This document shows positions 14,208 to 27,169 of a stretch of 64,000 nucleotides of DNA, piece by piece. The translations under genes and the position numbers were made by a program. Within the stretch, counting starts at the first letter, position 1. Each line of letters opens with the position of its first letter. Origin of the DNA: Lama glama (Eukaryota); assembly GCA_028534125.1 (NCBI GenBank), contig CM052818.1, forward strand, positions 2,916,001 to 2,980,000, given 5' to 3'. The notes beneath the pieces are model-generated. The model was not told the DNA's origin. It ran no database searches and saw only the letters and a list, made by a program, of their open reading frames with translations.

Positions 14208-16905
14208 GTGAGTCCCGTCCCCTTGGGGTGGGATGGTGCGTGGAGAATGGGAACGGGAACAGAGCTGACCCTGGCTGGTTTGTGTAAGCTTCCCCCTGGG
14301 GCTTCTGCCCGCTGAGCTCAGACACAGCTGTCCTCTGAGCCCCCTCTGTCCTCTGTCCCAGGGAGCGCTCCTGGGAGGTCTTGACTGCGGCCCTCAGGGC
14401 TCGCCGGCTCCCATTTCCGCTCAGACAGTCGCCGTGGGCAAGGCTGCTGGAAAGCCAAGGCTGCCCAACCCACAAGCTTGAAACTGTCCGGTGATAACCC
14501 ATCTAAAGAAGAACCCAGATTCCTAAACCCTCTGGTCTGCTTCTGCCCGGTGGTCTTTGTTATTTTCCAGTTTATCTTTTGACATGTGTAGTAATAGTCC
14601 CCTTGTTTCGTTTTCAAGATGCTTGATCAACAGATGGGGAAGTTGGGAAGCGTGGGAGGTAAACCGCTTGTGGGGAGAGGATCACAGAAGCATCCGTTGC
14701 TACGTTCGTGCAGGGCTTATCGTCTCTGTCCATGTGCGCTAATGTTTTTATACAATTGGTCGTGGCGAGGAAACTATTTTGATTCCTGCTTTTTAAACTC
14801 AGGGTTTGGAATTGTGCATTCTTCCGCGTTGCTAGAAAGTCTTGAAATGTATCCTTTTTAAATGTCACCATGTCCCATTAAAATGGATGTGTGTGCTTTA
14901 ATTAAACATTTCCCATTGCACATTTTTGTTGCCTCCCCTAAAATTACGATGCTACATCTTGATGCCTACAAGCTATTTCCTTCTTTCGGATTCTTTCCTT
15001 AGGACATATCTCCAAGAACAAGACCGAATGTATTTATGGCCCTTGTAACAAATTGCCAAATAGCTTTCCAAGTGAATTGAGCTGATTTTTATGCCAGCAG
15101 TGTGTGAGTCTGCCAGTTTCACTATTCCCTTGTTGACATGGAGTGTGCATCCATCTGTTACTGCAGTGGCCTCTGCTGTATCTCCCTAGTTATTTCAGGG
15201 ACATGCTGGGGTAGAGGGCCTGTGTATTCATAGCATCTCTAACCAAGCACACAGTGTCCTGAGCACTTTGCTCTTCTCTCCTTGCAGACCTTTCCTTTCA
15301 GGCACAGTGGAGGTGATGCCGCCACTCCCACTGGGTACCAGGGCTTCCGCAGCCCCACAGTCTCCTCTGGGAGCTGTTAGCCTTGATGCACTTGAACCCT
15401 TAAGGTATGCAAGCCCCTTGGTGGTCCATGATGCCACAGAAGAAAATGCCTCTCTTCCTCTGTGTTACGCTTTTGTGGGACCAGCGGTAGAAGGGTGTGT
15501 CCATCCCAAAGCAGTGCTTTTGGACTCCAGGGTCTACCAGAGTCTCCTTGAAGTAGTTCTTTCACTCTTTAATTACTTCCTCCATCACAAAGGGCTCAGA
15601 TGGAAATATATAGGGAGGGGCACGATACCTTCATGACTTCCCCATGCTGTTTTCAGAAGTGCCACAACCCCCCTCCTGGGATGCATTTACCCCCAGGTGC
15701 ATTCCCAGCCCCTCCTGGTCCTCACTGTAGGAGCTGGTAGGCCAAGAGCCAGGTTCTCCTCTGAGTCACTTGGCAGGTGACAGTTTGCAGTCGTGGCAAA
15801 TGCTGATACTACCTCCACCAGGATGTTGTACCCGAGCCAGTTCCCTCAAGCCTGGTGTGGTTCCTGCCAAGGCCCTTTGGGGTCTTTCAGGCTCTCCTGG
15901 GTAGACGTGGGAAAACCTGTGCCATTTATTCAGAAAATGACGGTTCTTGCTGCAGGAGTGATCAACCTCTGTTCCATCATTCCTTTCTGGACTTGCTCCT
16001 GTGAGCTCGTCTCTGATATCAACAAGTGCCTGAGGCTTACCCTCCCTCGTGATGATGTGGATTCGGAAGACAGTGGTTGTGTCCTGCTCTGCTGCACGTT
16101 ACCTCATAACTGGCTGAGGGCCACTCTGTGGCCCAACGTAGTGGATGAGAATGGAGCCAGTGCCACAGCTGCTAGTGTCCAGGGGGCCTTGAGATCCCAG
16201 AGTTGGTTGATGGTCGGTGGAGGAGGGAGGTGGGCTGCCAGTCTGGCCTCTGCATTGCTCTCCGTTTGATGGGTTACTTAGCAATGGAACTTGTGCCCCA
16301 GAGAGGTTAATGGAATCGTTCTTTTCGTGTTAACTTACTCTCTTCCCTGCCGCATTGGACCCACACAGAAGTCCAGAGACGGTTGGGCTTGTAGATAAGT
16401 CCAGATGGTGATAACCGTGTCATAGCACCTCTCCGAGGGCTAAGGCGTTAAGGCTAAATTGGGCTTGTTTGTCCAACATTGTCTTCCTTTAGAAGGCCCT
16501 TCCTGTCTCCCAGAAGGCTCTCCAGGCCCTTGACCTTGACCTCCCTATCCCTCCCCTACTCTGTCCTCTCGAGACATGGCTGAAACCCTGTTGTCTGTGC
16601 AGCTCAAACTAGGGACCACTCCCACCAGCCACTCTCACAACCCCAGCTTTGGAATATGTGCGTATTTCACTGTCTGTTGACTAATTCAATAGGTAAAACT
16701 ATTTGTTAATGTTTATAATAGAAATCTTCATACATAGAGGAGACAGAATAGTGGAATCCATCCCCATATATCCATGTCCCGGCTTCAACAATTAGCATCA
16801 CTGCCATTTTGCTTTCATCTTTTCTTCCATCTCTTTGATTTTTCTCTTTGCTGGAGTATTTTAAAACAAAGCCCGTTTCACTTGTGAATATTATTTGTAA
16901 GAGCG

Positions 16906-17417
16906 TTTTTATCTTTTATTCTTTTTTTATTGAAATATAGTCAGTTTACAGTGTTGTGTCAGTTTCTGATATACAGCATAATGTTTCAGTCATACATATA
17001 CACACATATATTCATTTTCATTTCCTTTTTCATTATAAGTTACTACAAGATATTGAATATAGTTCCCTGTGCTATACAGTAGGACCTGGTTTTTTTTTTA
17101 ATCTATTTAATATGTAGTAATTTGTATCTACAAATCCCGAACTTCCAGTTTATCCCTTCCCACCTTCTTCCCCCTCTGGTAACCATAAGTTTGTTTTTGT
17201 CTGTGACTCTGTTTCTATTTTATAAATAAGTTCATTTGTCTTTTTTTAGATTCCACATATAAGTGATATATATTTTTCTTTCTCTTTCTGGTTTACTTCA
17301 CTGAGAATGACAATCTCCAGGTCCATCCATGTTGCAACAAATGGCACTATTTTGTTATTTTTTATGGCTGAGTAGTATTCCATTGTATAAATATACCACA
17401 ATTTCTTTTTCCAGTCA
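16906..17417 (-). mobile_element. Truncated L1 3' end
   Basis: Same family; extends to tccaggtccatccatgttgcaacaaatggc...gtagtattccattgt. Confidence 0.9.
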
Positions 17418-18136
17418 GGAACTTTTAAAACAAAATCATAGTGCAGTTACACGAACAAAAGCAACAATAATTCTTTTTTGTTAGATCCTGAAGTATGGAG
17501 TGTGAACAATGCTGAATTCAAATTTGTGGTGCTTCCTTTAATTTGCACTTCCTTCAATGTTTTCATATTTTCCTTTCTACTGATATTTCCTTCCAGGTCA
17601 ACACTGCTTTGGTAAAATATGCTTATTTATATACAAGGTGACCAACTTTTGCATTTGAATCCCTTATGCTGTTTTTCTTGTAGCTGAATTGTCACTTGGC
17701 TGTCTCTTATTTATACTTCAATGAATGGCTCGCAATGTGTGTGTTTGGAGACATGTGACAAGTAGCTGTATTGTAATATTTATCATTAAAGAGCTGCCTT
17801 TGTTTCACTTTATAGGCATCACATTGATGATTTCAATAATAAAGCTAACTGACTTACTCACTGAAGGTTGCTTCCATAATGGAGCAAATTTATGCTTAAA
17901 AAAAAAGGATGTTGGTGGGCTTGTTTATTAAATCCTAGAACTATCCATTCAGGTGTGAAGACGGATAGTTTTAGGGGAGAAGCTACAAGAGCTTTACTCA
18001 TGGCATAAATATGCAGGTCTCAGTCTGAGACTTGATGGGAATGAGAAACAGTAACGGACAGAAGACAGTTTGGGCACCTTCCTGATGGATAGTACTGGAG
18101 CAAAGGACTGCAGGCATACTCTGGATTAAGTTCCAA

Positions 18137-18244
18137 CTTTTTTGTTGTTTTCTGAATTGACTTATAGTCAGTTACAGTGTGCCAATCTCTGGTATACAGC
18201 ATAATGCTCCAGTCGTACATACACATACATACATTCTTTCTAAC
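18137..18244 (-). mobile_element. Very short L1 3' end
   Basis: attgacttatagtcagttacagtgtgccaatctctggtatacagcataatg; imperfect TSD ttccaactttt / ttctaacattttt. Confidence 0.75.
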
Positions 18245-18778
18245 ATTTTAATGGAGCAGCAGAGAGAGAAAATTACAAACTCCATGTGCCAATCAAAGAG
18301 GGAAGTGGGAGCTTGAAGGAATTGGGGCTGATCCCATGTGGTTTTCTTAAGTTTTTCAAAAAAAAAAAAAAGATTCCATGTTCTCATTACTTCACAGTTG
18401 TTCTTGGCCTTCCTTGTTGAGGTTTTGTTGGTTTCTTCCAATCTTCCTTTCTCTTTGATCCCCAAATGTGGAGGGTAGATGATGCCAGAGGCAGAGGAAA
18501 CTGGCATTATCATCATCAGTAAATGCTTCTCAGACATCTGCTTTGGGTGGGACATGCCTTAGGCTGGAGGTTAGGAATCCTGGGTGTTGGACCCATCTGG
18601 TCTCCGTTTTGCCAAGTCCCTAGATGAGTTATTCATCTAGTTCCTGTTTGGACCTTAATTTCCTCATCTGTTGGCCTTGAATCAGGGATCACCTGTCAGG
18701 TTTTTCACATGACCACTCTGATGGATTGACAGAGATGACTGGAGAGCTTTGTTGAGAAGGACTATAAGGCTGCCTTCA

Positions 18779-18900
18779 AATATAAAAATGAATGTATTTA
18801 TGTATATGCATGACTGGGACATTGTGCTGTGCACCAGAAATTGACACATTGTAATTGACTGTACTTCAATAAAAAAATACAGTAAAATAAAATTTTTAAA
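18779..18900 (+). mobile_element. Very short L1 3' end with 13-bp TSD
   Basis: aaggctgccttca at 18766-18778 and 18901-18913 flanks the L1 terminus and A-tail. Confidence 0.9.
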
Positions 18901-21164
18901 AAGGCTGCCTTCAGTCTGTTAGGAATTGCGGCGGTGACCAATTGGCAATGCCTGCCATGGGCCTAAGGTAGGCTAGTGGTGGTGTGACCGCCATGTATTT
19001 CATTCTCTTGGAGCAAGGTGCGATTTTACATTCAGGTTCTAACATTACAGTTGCTGCACAGCTTTTCTGTTCTTGTCCTAAAGGAGCCCACCACACAGGT
19101 GAAAAGGCAGAATGGGAACCCAGTAACAGGAGCCTCAGAGTGATAAGGCAGCCACAGCGGATGGCTGAGTGCGTGATTTAGAAAAATAACTGCTGTAAGG
19201 AGTGAAGTCAATAGTCTGGGGGTCAGAACAGCCCATTTTTATCTGGTTGGTTGTCAGTTTGTAAAGCAGGCAGAGAAACATTAGCTGGAGGCAAGGTGAG
19301 GGTGGCACCACCTACCGCTTAGAACTCCACACCCTTCCCAAGGGAAGAATTTTGACCTATCTTCAAAGGTACCTCTTAATGCCCCTTACGAGGGACAGAA
19401 TGCACCCCGGTTCGGTTGCTGGGTGGCTGCCTGCTTCACGCTCCGAAATGTTGCGTCCCAGGCTGCCCGTCTGGTTCTCATATTTTCATGAGACTCACTC
19501 TGGTGACCAAGGGGTGTGGGGAGGGCCTGGCGCAGGCACCTGGGAGCCAGGCTCCGGGCTTCCCTCTGCTGTCTGCCTTGCACAATCTGGGGACTCGGGG
19601 CGGCTCTGTAAACCTCCGAACTGCTCCTTCCTCTAGCCTGTGTCTAAGGACACCCACCTGAAGCAGGGCGGTGTTTCAAGCCTCACTTAATTTAGCACCT
19701 GGGATACTTTTCAGAGGCAATGATGAAAGAAGATGGAAAATTCACAGCGGTCTTAGTCATAGGGGAGGTCACTCAACACTTACCGGCCTGCTTAGGGATA
19801 GAGTGGTCAGATTTTGGTGGGGACATTGCTCTTAACCAGACTGAGACGGTGAATTTGGACTGGGGGCGCACAGGGAGGGCAGATCAGATTATAGGGAACA
19901 GAGTTTGAAGGCGTTACTTGTTTGGAAAACAGGTAGAACACGGGTCAGCCAGCAAGCAAGAGATCTGTTTCTTGCTCATCTCGCCTAACAAAAGCTTTTC
20001 AGAACTGCGAACTGCTTCCCCATTCCTTTGTCTGGAGTTTTCCCACGTGGAGCTGAAGTCGTTCTAAAATTAGAAGGCTCACATGTTCTACCCAGGTACA
20101 TGGCTCACCGTTCCAAATACATGTCTGTAGCACAAGAGACTTGATATGTCTTAGTTTGGAGATACAGGCACACACATCTGTGGGTGCAGGGACCAGCTTG
20201 CTTTAGAGGACACTCAGACCCTCGGGAGAGAATAAGGGATTCTTTCTCCTTCCCGCTCTGGAATTTATCCCTGTCATACAATTCCCCATTTTACCTTCTG
20301 CTTTTTGCAAAGGAAACTGTGCTGGGTCAGAGGGAAGGTGGGCCAGGGAAGTAGACAAGCCATAGGATGTGAAATCATGCATCATAATTCTGACTTACTA
20401 GCTGTGTGGCATCAGCAGGGCTCTCAAATCTCCCTGAACCTCAGTTCTCCCCTTGATACAATTAAGGAGCAGGATTAAGGCAGTGTCTTTTCAAACTGTA
20501 AGTCACAAAATCATTTTGGTGGGTCACAACCAACATTTTTTTAAAAATGAGATTGAATAGCTTAGAATAGAGAATTTCAGTGTATAACCTGTGGGGAAGA
20601 CAGGTCATGCTTCCTGACATGCTTGTTTTAATTATTCACGGATTTATGTATTGGCGTTCTGCACTCGTTTACTTGTATAAGCTGCGCCCACATTGCATCC
20701 TCTGTGATTTCCAGATTTGATCTCTTCAGGGTAAGAACTTACACACTCACAGAATAAGTGCCGTAAATCTCTGTAGACCGTCCATTCCCTCCCCCACACA
20801 CCTAGCCTTAATAGTTGTCTGCTCACTCCTCATTTGACCGCAATCCTTGTAATTGCTCACCTTTATCAAGTCTTTCCAAAACACTCAACTTATAATAGGA
20901 ACAACAGCTCTTCCCTTCTGCATAGATATTTCATTAGTTTGTGTAATAGATGATTAAATTACGTAAATACGGTAACGCGTACAACCAACATAAACAGGTT
21001 CGGAAGCAAACACAGGTTCCTCCTGGTAAGTACATAGCTTAACTGGTAAAAGCAGAAATGGGCTGGTAAGCTCGCGCAGCCAACTAATTAAGCTTTTGCA
21101 GGCTGAGGACATTGGTCTAGATGTTTTATTTAGCAAAGGCGTGGGGAGGATGGATTGGATAAAT

Positions 21165-21256
21165 CAATGACCTGGTTTAAGTTGAGCTCAGATAAAAGAG
21201 CATCTACCAGCAATGACCTGGTTTAAGTTGAGCTCAGATAAAAGAGCATCTACCAG
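21165..21256. repeat. Perfect 46-bp tandem duplication
   Basis: caatgacctggtttaagttgagctcagataaaagagcatctaccag at 21165-21210 and 21211-21256. Confidence 0.98.
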
Positions 21257-21308
21257 CTTTGAAGCAAAGCAAGTGATGCAACTTATGGATTTTTAAAACT
21301 CAAGACCT

Positions 21309-21441
21309 GGAGGGGAAGGTGTAGCTCAGTGGCAAAGTGTATGCCTAGCATGCTCAAGGTCCCGGGTTTGATCCCCAAACCTAATTACCCTTGCCCCTCC
21401 CCCAAAACTAAATAATACAATAATAAATTAAAAAAAAAAAA
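21309..21441 (+). mobile_element. tRNA-Ala-like SINE (vic-1-like), internally deleted copy
   Basis: A box tagctcagtgg and B box ggtttgatccc, joined directly to aaacctaattac; A-tail; imperfect TSD caagacct / caaggcct. Confidence 0.85.
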
Positions 21442-22177
21442 CAAGGCCTATTGAAACCTTACTGATCTCCAACTTTTTAGTTTTCCATGTTTATTGAGCA
21501 CACATTTACTACATACTACCTTATCCCAGGCCTTGTGCGAGGCCCCAGAGACACATGTGAGAATTAAACACGAGCCCTGCCTTCAGAGGGTGTGGGGTCA
21601 GGCCGAGGATGCTGATGGTTTTTACATCTCAAGGTAAATCATAAACATAGACCAGGTGATCTACCAGATGGATTTCTTTGAAGAAAACACCTGCTTCTGC
21701 TACTTTCAGACTTCCCGTTTTCAATCCAAGGGCCACACTGTATGCTTTTTAATTTTCTTTGTTAAACTGCATCTCACTCAGTGTGACCCGTGGTGCTGCG
21801 CTGGTTTTCCACCTGATCTCAGTCTCCCAGTCTGTGGCTGTCACCTGTGACGCTGACAAAGAGGGCGTCTCTGCCCAGGCACCTTGTGTTGCGAGCACAG
21901 AACCTGACCGCACATCAGCCTGGAGGGTCAGCTCTCAGGGCATCCACAGAACTGCTGAGCAGCCAAGCCCCACATTTGTGGCCACTTACTCTGTACCTAC
22001 CACGAAGATGATTCTCATACCAACTCATTCCATCTCTGTGCCTCTTAGCTCAGAGTCTCAAGAGAGAGAATTGGATGGGTTTGTCTTCCTTGGTCAGGTG
22101 GTCACCTAGCTGCCATGGCAGGGTTGGGAGGGGAAAAACGAGGTGCTAAAGAGCAGTGTGGATACATAAAAATAGCT

Positions 22178-22412
22178 AAAAAAAGGAAAAAAAACCTCAC
22201 AGATTTCTTCTTCTCTATATAACAAGATATATTCAATATCTTGTAATAACCTTTAACGAAAAAGAACATGAAAACGAATATATGCATGTATATGCATGAC
22301 TGGGAATTGTGCTTTACACTGGAAACTGACACATCGTAACAGACACATTGTAAATTCGATAAAAAATTTAAAAATAAATAAATACATACATACATAATAC
22401 ATACATACATAC
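22178..22412 (+). mobile_element. Truncated L1 3' end with (TACA)n tail
   Basis: tatattcaatatcttgtaataacc...atgactgggaattgtgc...; tail decays into (ATAC)n; atagcta on both flanks. Confidence 0.85.
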
Positions 22413-23092
22413 ATAGCTAGCCGTGTGAGCCTCAGGCAGGGCAAAGTCCCTTGCTAGACCTGGAGGAGGCCAAGACCAGCATCCCTGGTCCAAACTGATT
22501 CTTTGAATCATTCATTCAATCAACAAATATTTATTGAGTGCTTATTATATGCCAAGCCTGTTTAAAGCAAACTTCCTGTTCTTAAGAACCTGCTATTCCA
22601 CTGGGAAAAAAATAGATATAATCCTGCATTTTAATCTATCAAGTTGTCCTATTTTTGAGAATGGCAGTCCTGAGTGCTGGTGTGTGTGAGGCGAGACAGC
22701 TACATACACTGCTTATGGGTGTGCCTGTTGGCTTTCTGGGAAATAGCTTAGTATTAATGGGGGACTTGATTCCTTAGTAAGCAAGAATCTTAAAATTGTC
22801 CATGCCCCGTGACCCGCAATTACACTTCTAGGCATCTATTTCACAAAAATAATCAGAGACGTTATCCAATATAGTAAAATATAGCCAATTTAAATGTCAG
22901 CAAGAGGGAAATGTAGCTAGATAGATTTTAAATTAAAAACCCTTTAAAATCATGCTGATGAAGACTAATGATATGGGAGAAGGCATGTGTGAAAAAGAAA
23001 AAGAGGTATGTAAAATTGAATGATATATCTCAATTATATAAACTAAACACACAGATGCAAAAATAAAAGGCAAACACCATATAACATTGTTT

Positions 23093-23412
23093 TAATCTTT
23101 ATTTTTGATTTACAGTGTTGTATTAGTCTCTGGTGTGCAGCATAGTGAATTAGTTATACATAGATACATACATACTCTTTTTCAGGGGAAGAGTATAGCT
23201 CAGTGGTAGAGCACATGTTTAGCATGCATGAGGTCCTGGGTTCAATCCCCAGTACCTCCATTAAAATAAATAAGTAAATAAAGAAACCTAATTATCTCCC
23301 CCCAAACAAAAACATGTTCTTTTTCATTACAGGTTGCTACAAGCCATTGAATATAGTTCCCTGTGCTGCATAGTAGGATCTTGTTGTTTATCTGTTCTGT
23401 CTATATATATAA
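23093..23412 (-). mobile_element. Truncated L1 3' end hosting a nested SINE
   Basis: Antisense L1 3' sequence is continuous across the SINE at 23185-23311. Confidence 0.85.
23185..23311 (+). mobile_element. tRNA-Ala-like SINE (vic-1-like, long form)
   Basis: tatagctcagtggtagag...ttagcatgcatgaggtcctgggttcaatccccagtacctcc...aaacctaattatctccccc; TSD acatactctttttca / acatgttctttttca. Confidence 0.92.
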
Positions 23413-24004
23413 AACGTCATATAACATTAATATTATCTCTGGCTAATGGGAATACAGGTCATTTTAATTTCCTGCGTACTTCTCTGTTTTTCTGCCATGT
23501 CTACAGTGAGTGTGTTTTAAGACCATAATCAGGCATAAAAGGAGCTACATTTTTAAAAAGAAAGAAAAAGCATTGGCTACCGTCCTGCCCTGCAGGTCTG
23601 TCAGCCGACATGGGTTGAGTGCAGGCTGCCTCTGTCTTCCTGTCCCAGAATCACAGCTGTCACCGAGGCTTAGACAGTGCTGCTATCTCTGGAGCACAGG
23701 GACCCTGCTGTACCAGCCAGCACGAGGGCCGCCCTGGTCCCTGCAGCTTGACACCCACACCCCACTTCCCTATACAGCAGGCTCCCCAGGGACCACGCTG
23801 TCTGGAGAGGTTGTTCTCAACGGAATACTTTCCAGTTCATCTCCAAATTCTGGGGATGCTCACCCAAGCTCTTCTTCAGTGGCCCTTAGGCTCCTAAAAT
23901 CTTGACCCAGTTTGCAGAATTTTAAGCACCTGAAATCTCTGGGTTTCCACAGAGAGGCTGGGTTTTCCTGGGCCCCCGGCTCTCAAGTCAGTCTCTAGAA
24001 TGTG

Positions 24005-24185
24005 AAGACTCTGAAACCAGACAGAGTTCAAATTCCATCTCTGCAACTCACTAGCTGTAAATCCTTAAGCAAATGATTTAACCCCTCTGTACCTCAACTT
24101 CCTTATCTGTGAAATAGAAACAGTAATAGTCACTCCTCTTAGGGTCATTGTGAGGCTTACAAGGTTGTATGTAAAGCACCTGGAG
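24005..24185 (+). mobile_element. MIR SINE
   Basis: gttcaaattccatctctgcaactcactagctg...cctctgtacctcaacttccttatctgtgaaatag. Confidence 0.75.
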
Positions 24186-25714
24186 TTCTGTGCACACGCA
24201 CGTCAGTCCTCTGCACCCCTCCAGAATATGAGTGGTGATGCATGCTTGTGAAGCAAGATCTGGCTCTTTTGGGTGTAAGTTCTAAGGTGGTGGTTCTCAT
24301 GCTCCCATGCGTGGAAGAGCCATCCTGCTGGCTGTGTTAAAATGCAGGTTCCTGGGCCCCCATCTGCATGTGGCCCAGAAATCGGCGCTTTCTAGTCCTC
24401 AACCGCATTTTGCTGCACATGGGAGTGGTACACGCCCTCGCAGGCTGAGGCGCTTTCTCCCATAAGGCAGCCCCCGCCCCTCCGTCCCGTCCCTGGAACT
24501 CTTGCTCCTCCTCAGCTGGACCATGCTGGTTTCGGGGAGTCTGTGAAATGTTTGTGTTCCAGGGCTGACTTCCTAGCATTCCCCCAGGAGCTGGTAAAGA
24601 GAACCAAAAACCTCAGAACTTGGGCCATCACCTCCAAGCATCCTCTCTCTCATTAGCCTCGCAGTGATGGAATGATGAACGCGGCGGCTCAAGGGTAAGG
24701 AAGGCATCAGCTTTGTTTTCTGAGAGCTCGACCCCAACCTCTGGCTTCTGAGTTCGGGGAATAGTGGTTATTTACTAATGAAGCACTTTATTAATCGAGC
24801 CGGGTTCCTGTCCTCTTTAGCAGGCTCAGTAACAGGGATTTACAGTTTCATTCTGAATCTCTCTTCTCTGTGTCCCGTCTAAAAAGCTATATGGCTTAAC
24901 TTCCTTATCAGACTGTGTAATAGGAAGTGATTTCCTAAGTCTGACCGTTTTATCACTCGGTTGCATTGACTAAAGTGTTTCTTAAACACCAAAACATATT
25001 AGCGCTAAACAAGGGGAAAACCGGATAAGACAAAACAGACTGGAGAACTCAGTCCTCCTGACACGCCGGGGCCGTGGTGCTGGGGTTCGGAGGGAGGGCA
25101 CTTTACTTCCCAGCTGTCACTCGGCAGCTTGGCCAGGAAGCTCTCTTGCTGGGCCTTTTTCCATCCTGACTTTGGGGGCTTGGGATAGAATAAACATCTC
25201 TTTCTTCCACACACAGTCGGTCTAGGAAGGCACTTTTTTGTACCTGGAAAGTGAAAGACGTTAGATCTCACTATGAACTCTGCCACAGATGAATCTTTCT
25301 GGTGTTCAGGGGCGTGACGAATGGAAACACAGTCATGAATCACGTAACAGTCCACAGGGGCCTCTATAAAAGTCTGGGTCTAGCAGGCTTTTCCACCTGA
25401 TACCTCGTTAAATAAACACAGCCCAGCACGTTGAACGGCCCTGAAAACCCAGATGCACGTCTGACCAAATGATGACCACAGCGTAGCTGTCGTTGTAGAC
25501 AGTTTCCTAAGAATTTCACCCTAGGTCCGTGCTTCCCAGCCTTTCTCAGAATAAAGACCCAATTTGAACATCGAAAGACTGTGACACCCCACGGAGAGTA
25601 GCTGTGCCTTTAATATTAAATTAATATATAAAAGCTGCTATGAGAACTCAGTAACACTTTAAAATAAATTTGTATTTTATTGAGCACCCTAGAATTCACA
25701 TGCTAATCTGACCT

Positions 25715-25930
25715 AACACTTCTAGAGCTCTCACTTTATGCTGGCTACTGTTCCATACCCTCCTTTCATTCCTACAACTCCAGGGAGAAGGTACTATCAT
25801 TAGCCCCATTTTACAGTTCACAAAACTGAGACACAGAGAAAGTAACTTACCCAAGATCTCATAGAAGGTGGCAGAGCTGGGCTTTGAACCCAGGTAACTG
25901 CAGAGTTGTAAGCACTTTGCCACTGTGCTT
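25715..25930 (-). mobile_element. MIR SINE
   Basis: ccccattttacag...aaactgagacacagag...gtaacttacccaagatc...gcagagctgggctttgaacccagg. Confidence 0.8.
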
Positions 25931-27169
25931 TAAAAATACACAGAGAATCGTCAGGTAGGATAGTCCTTACCTATTCCTCCCTTTTGAGGGCAGAACAGGA
26001 CGTGATGATTGGAGCTCACATGATTCATGATTAATGGCAAAAGATAAAAATAAAAATACACAGAGAGACACACATATATCTCATCCAGACCACAGATACT
26101 GTTTAAGGGGAGGTTTACAAACACTTAGCACTAAATAACTCTCGGTTATCTTTTTTATCCATCCCCACAACAGATTGGGAACTACCTTCTTGGGTTTTTA
26201 ATCCTCTTTTCTACTAAAAGTTAGACATTCATCTTAAAGCAACATATGGGCGCTTATAGGTGTGTGTATGTACGTTCATGTGCACGTGTGAGTGTTCCTC
26301 TGTGTGTGTGTACGTGTATACATGAGCTTCTCTTTAATTTTATGTTCTTAACACAAAACTGTGGAATCTTCCTTTATACATTTATTCTTCCATTCAGCAT
26401 AGGGCTGACTCAGTCCTATGATGTGCTGAGTCCCATCATTCCTGCCCTTTGAGTCCTCAGTATCTCAGGGCAGGACTGTCCGGCTAACAGACAGTCACCC
26501 TCGAGGGTGGCACCCATGCTGTTGGTGGCTACACAAAGTTCCCCAGGAGGAGAGAGGGGGAGACGGAACACAAACTTGTTTTTTGGGAGGCATCAGGGAA
26601 GGCTTCTCACAGGAAGTGACTTTTGAACTGAGTTTTGGAGGCTGAGATGGAGTCAGGGAGGCAGACTTTGGGGGAGAGGACGTGCTGGTTGGTGAGTGGA
26701 GGTGAGGCTGGAAGAAAGTAGCCAGCTGAGGTCGACCATGTGAGGACTTTGCCCTGAGATAGACTGTTATCATTGTAGATGTTTTGCATGGATCTTGTCA
26801 CAGAGAGCTGCTTCCTAAAGGAAACTTTTCATCCATACATCTATGCTGGCTGTGTTATGAGGCTTATGAAACACAAGAGCTTAAATCTGTAGGGCTCTGA
26901 GGTCACAAAGTCCACGTGGATCATAACACAGCTCTCCCAGCATTCTTATGTGTGGTGGCCTCATTTGCTAGCTGCCTTGGGTGTATATCCAGTGGGGGTG
27001 GTTTCTAGGTTAGAAATTCTCAGTTATTCTTGGAGCTTATGTTCCACTTGATTTCAGCTTCTCATTAGCAGGTGAGGGAATTATGCCTCTTCACCTATTT
27101 AAGTTTGGCTTGATGAAAAGGTACCTAAAAATAAAAATCATGACCTGATAACACAGCAGTTACAGTAGG

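Noticed and set aside
21165..21256. CRISPR-like or other prokaryotic repeat array
   Set aside because: Two directly adjacent copies with no spacers, in mammalian intronic DNA.
23185..23258. tRNA-Ala genes (also the other eight copies)
   Set aside because: Diverged stems, A-rich tails and TSDs identify them as SINE copies, not functional tRNAs.
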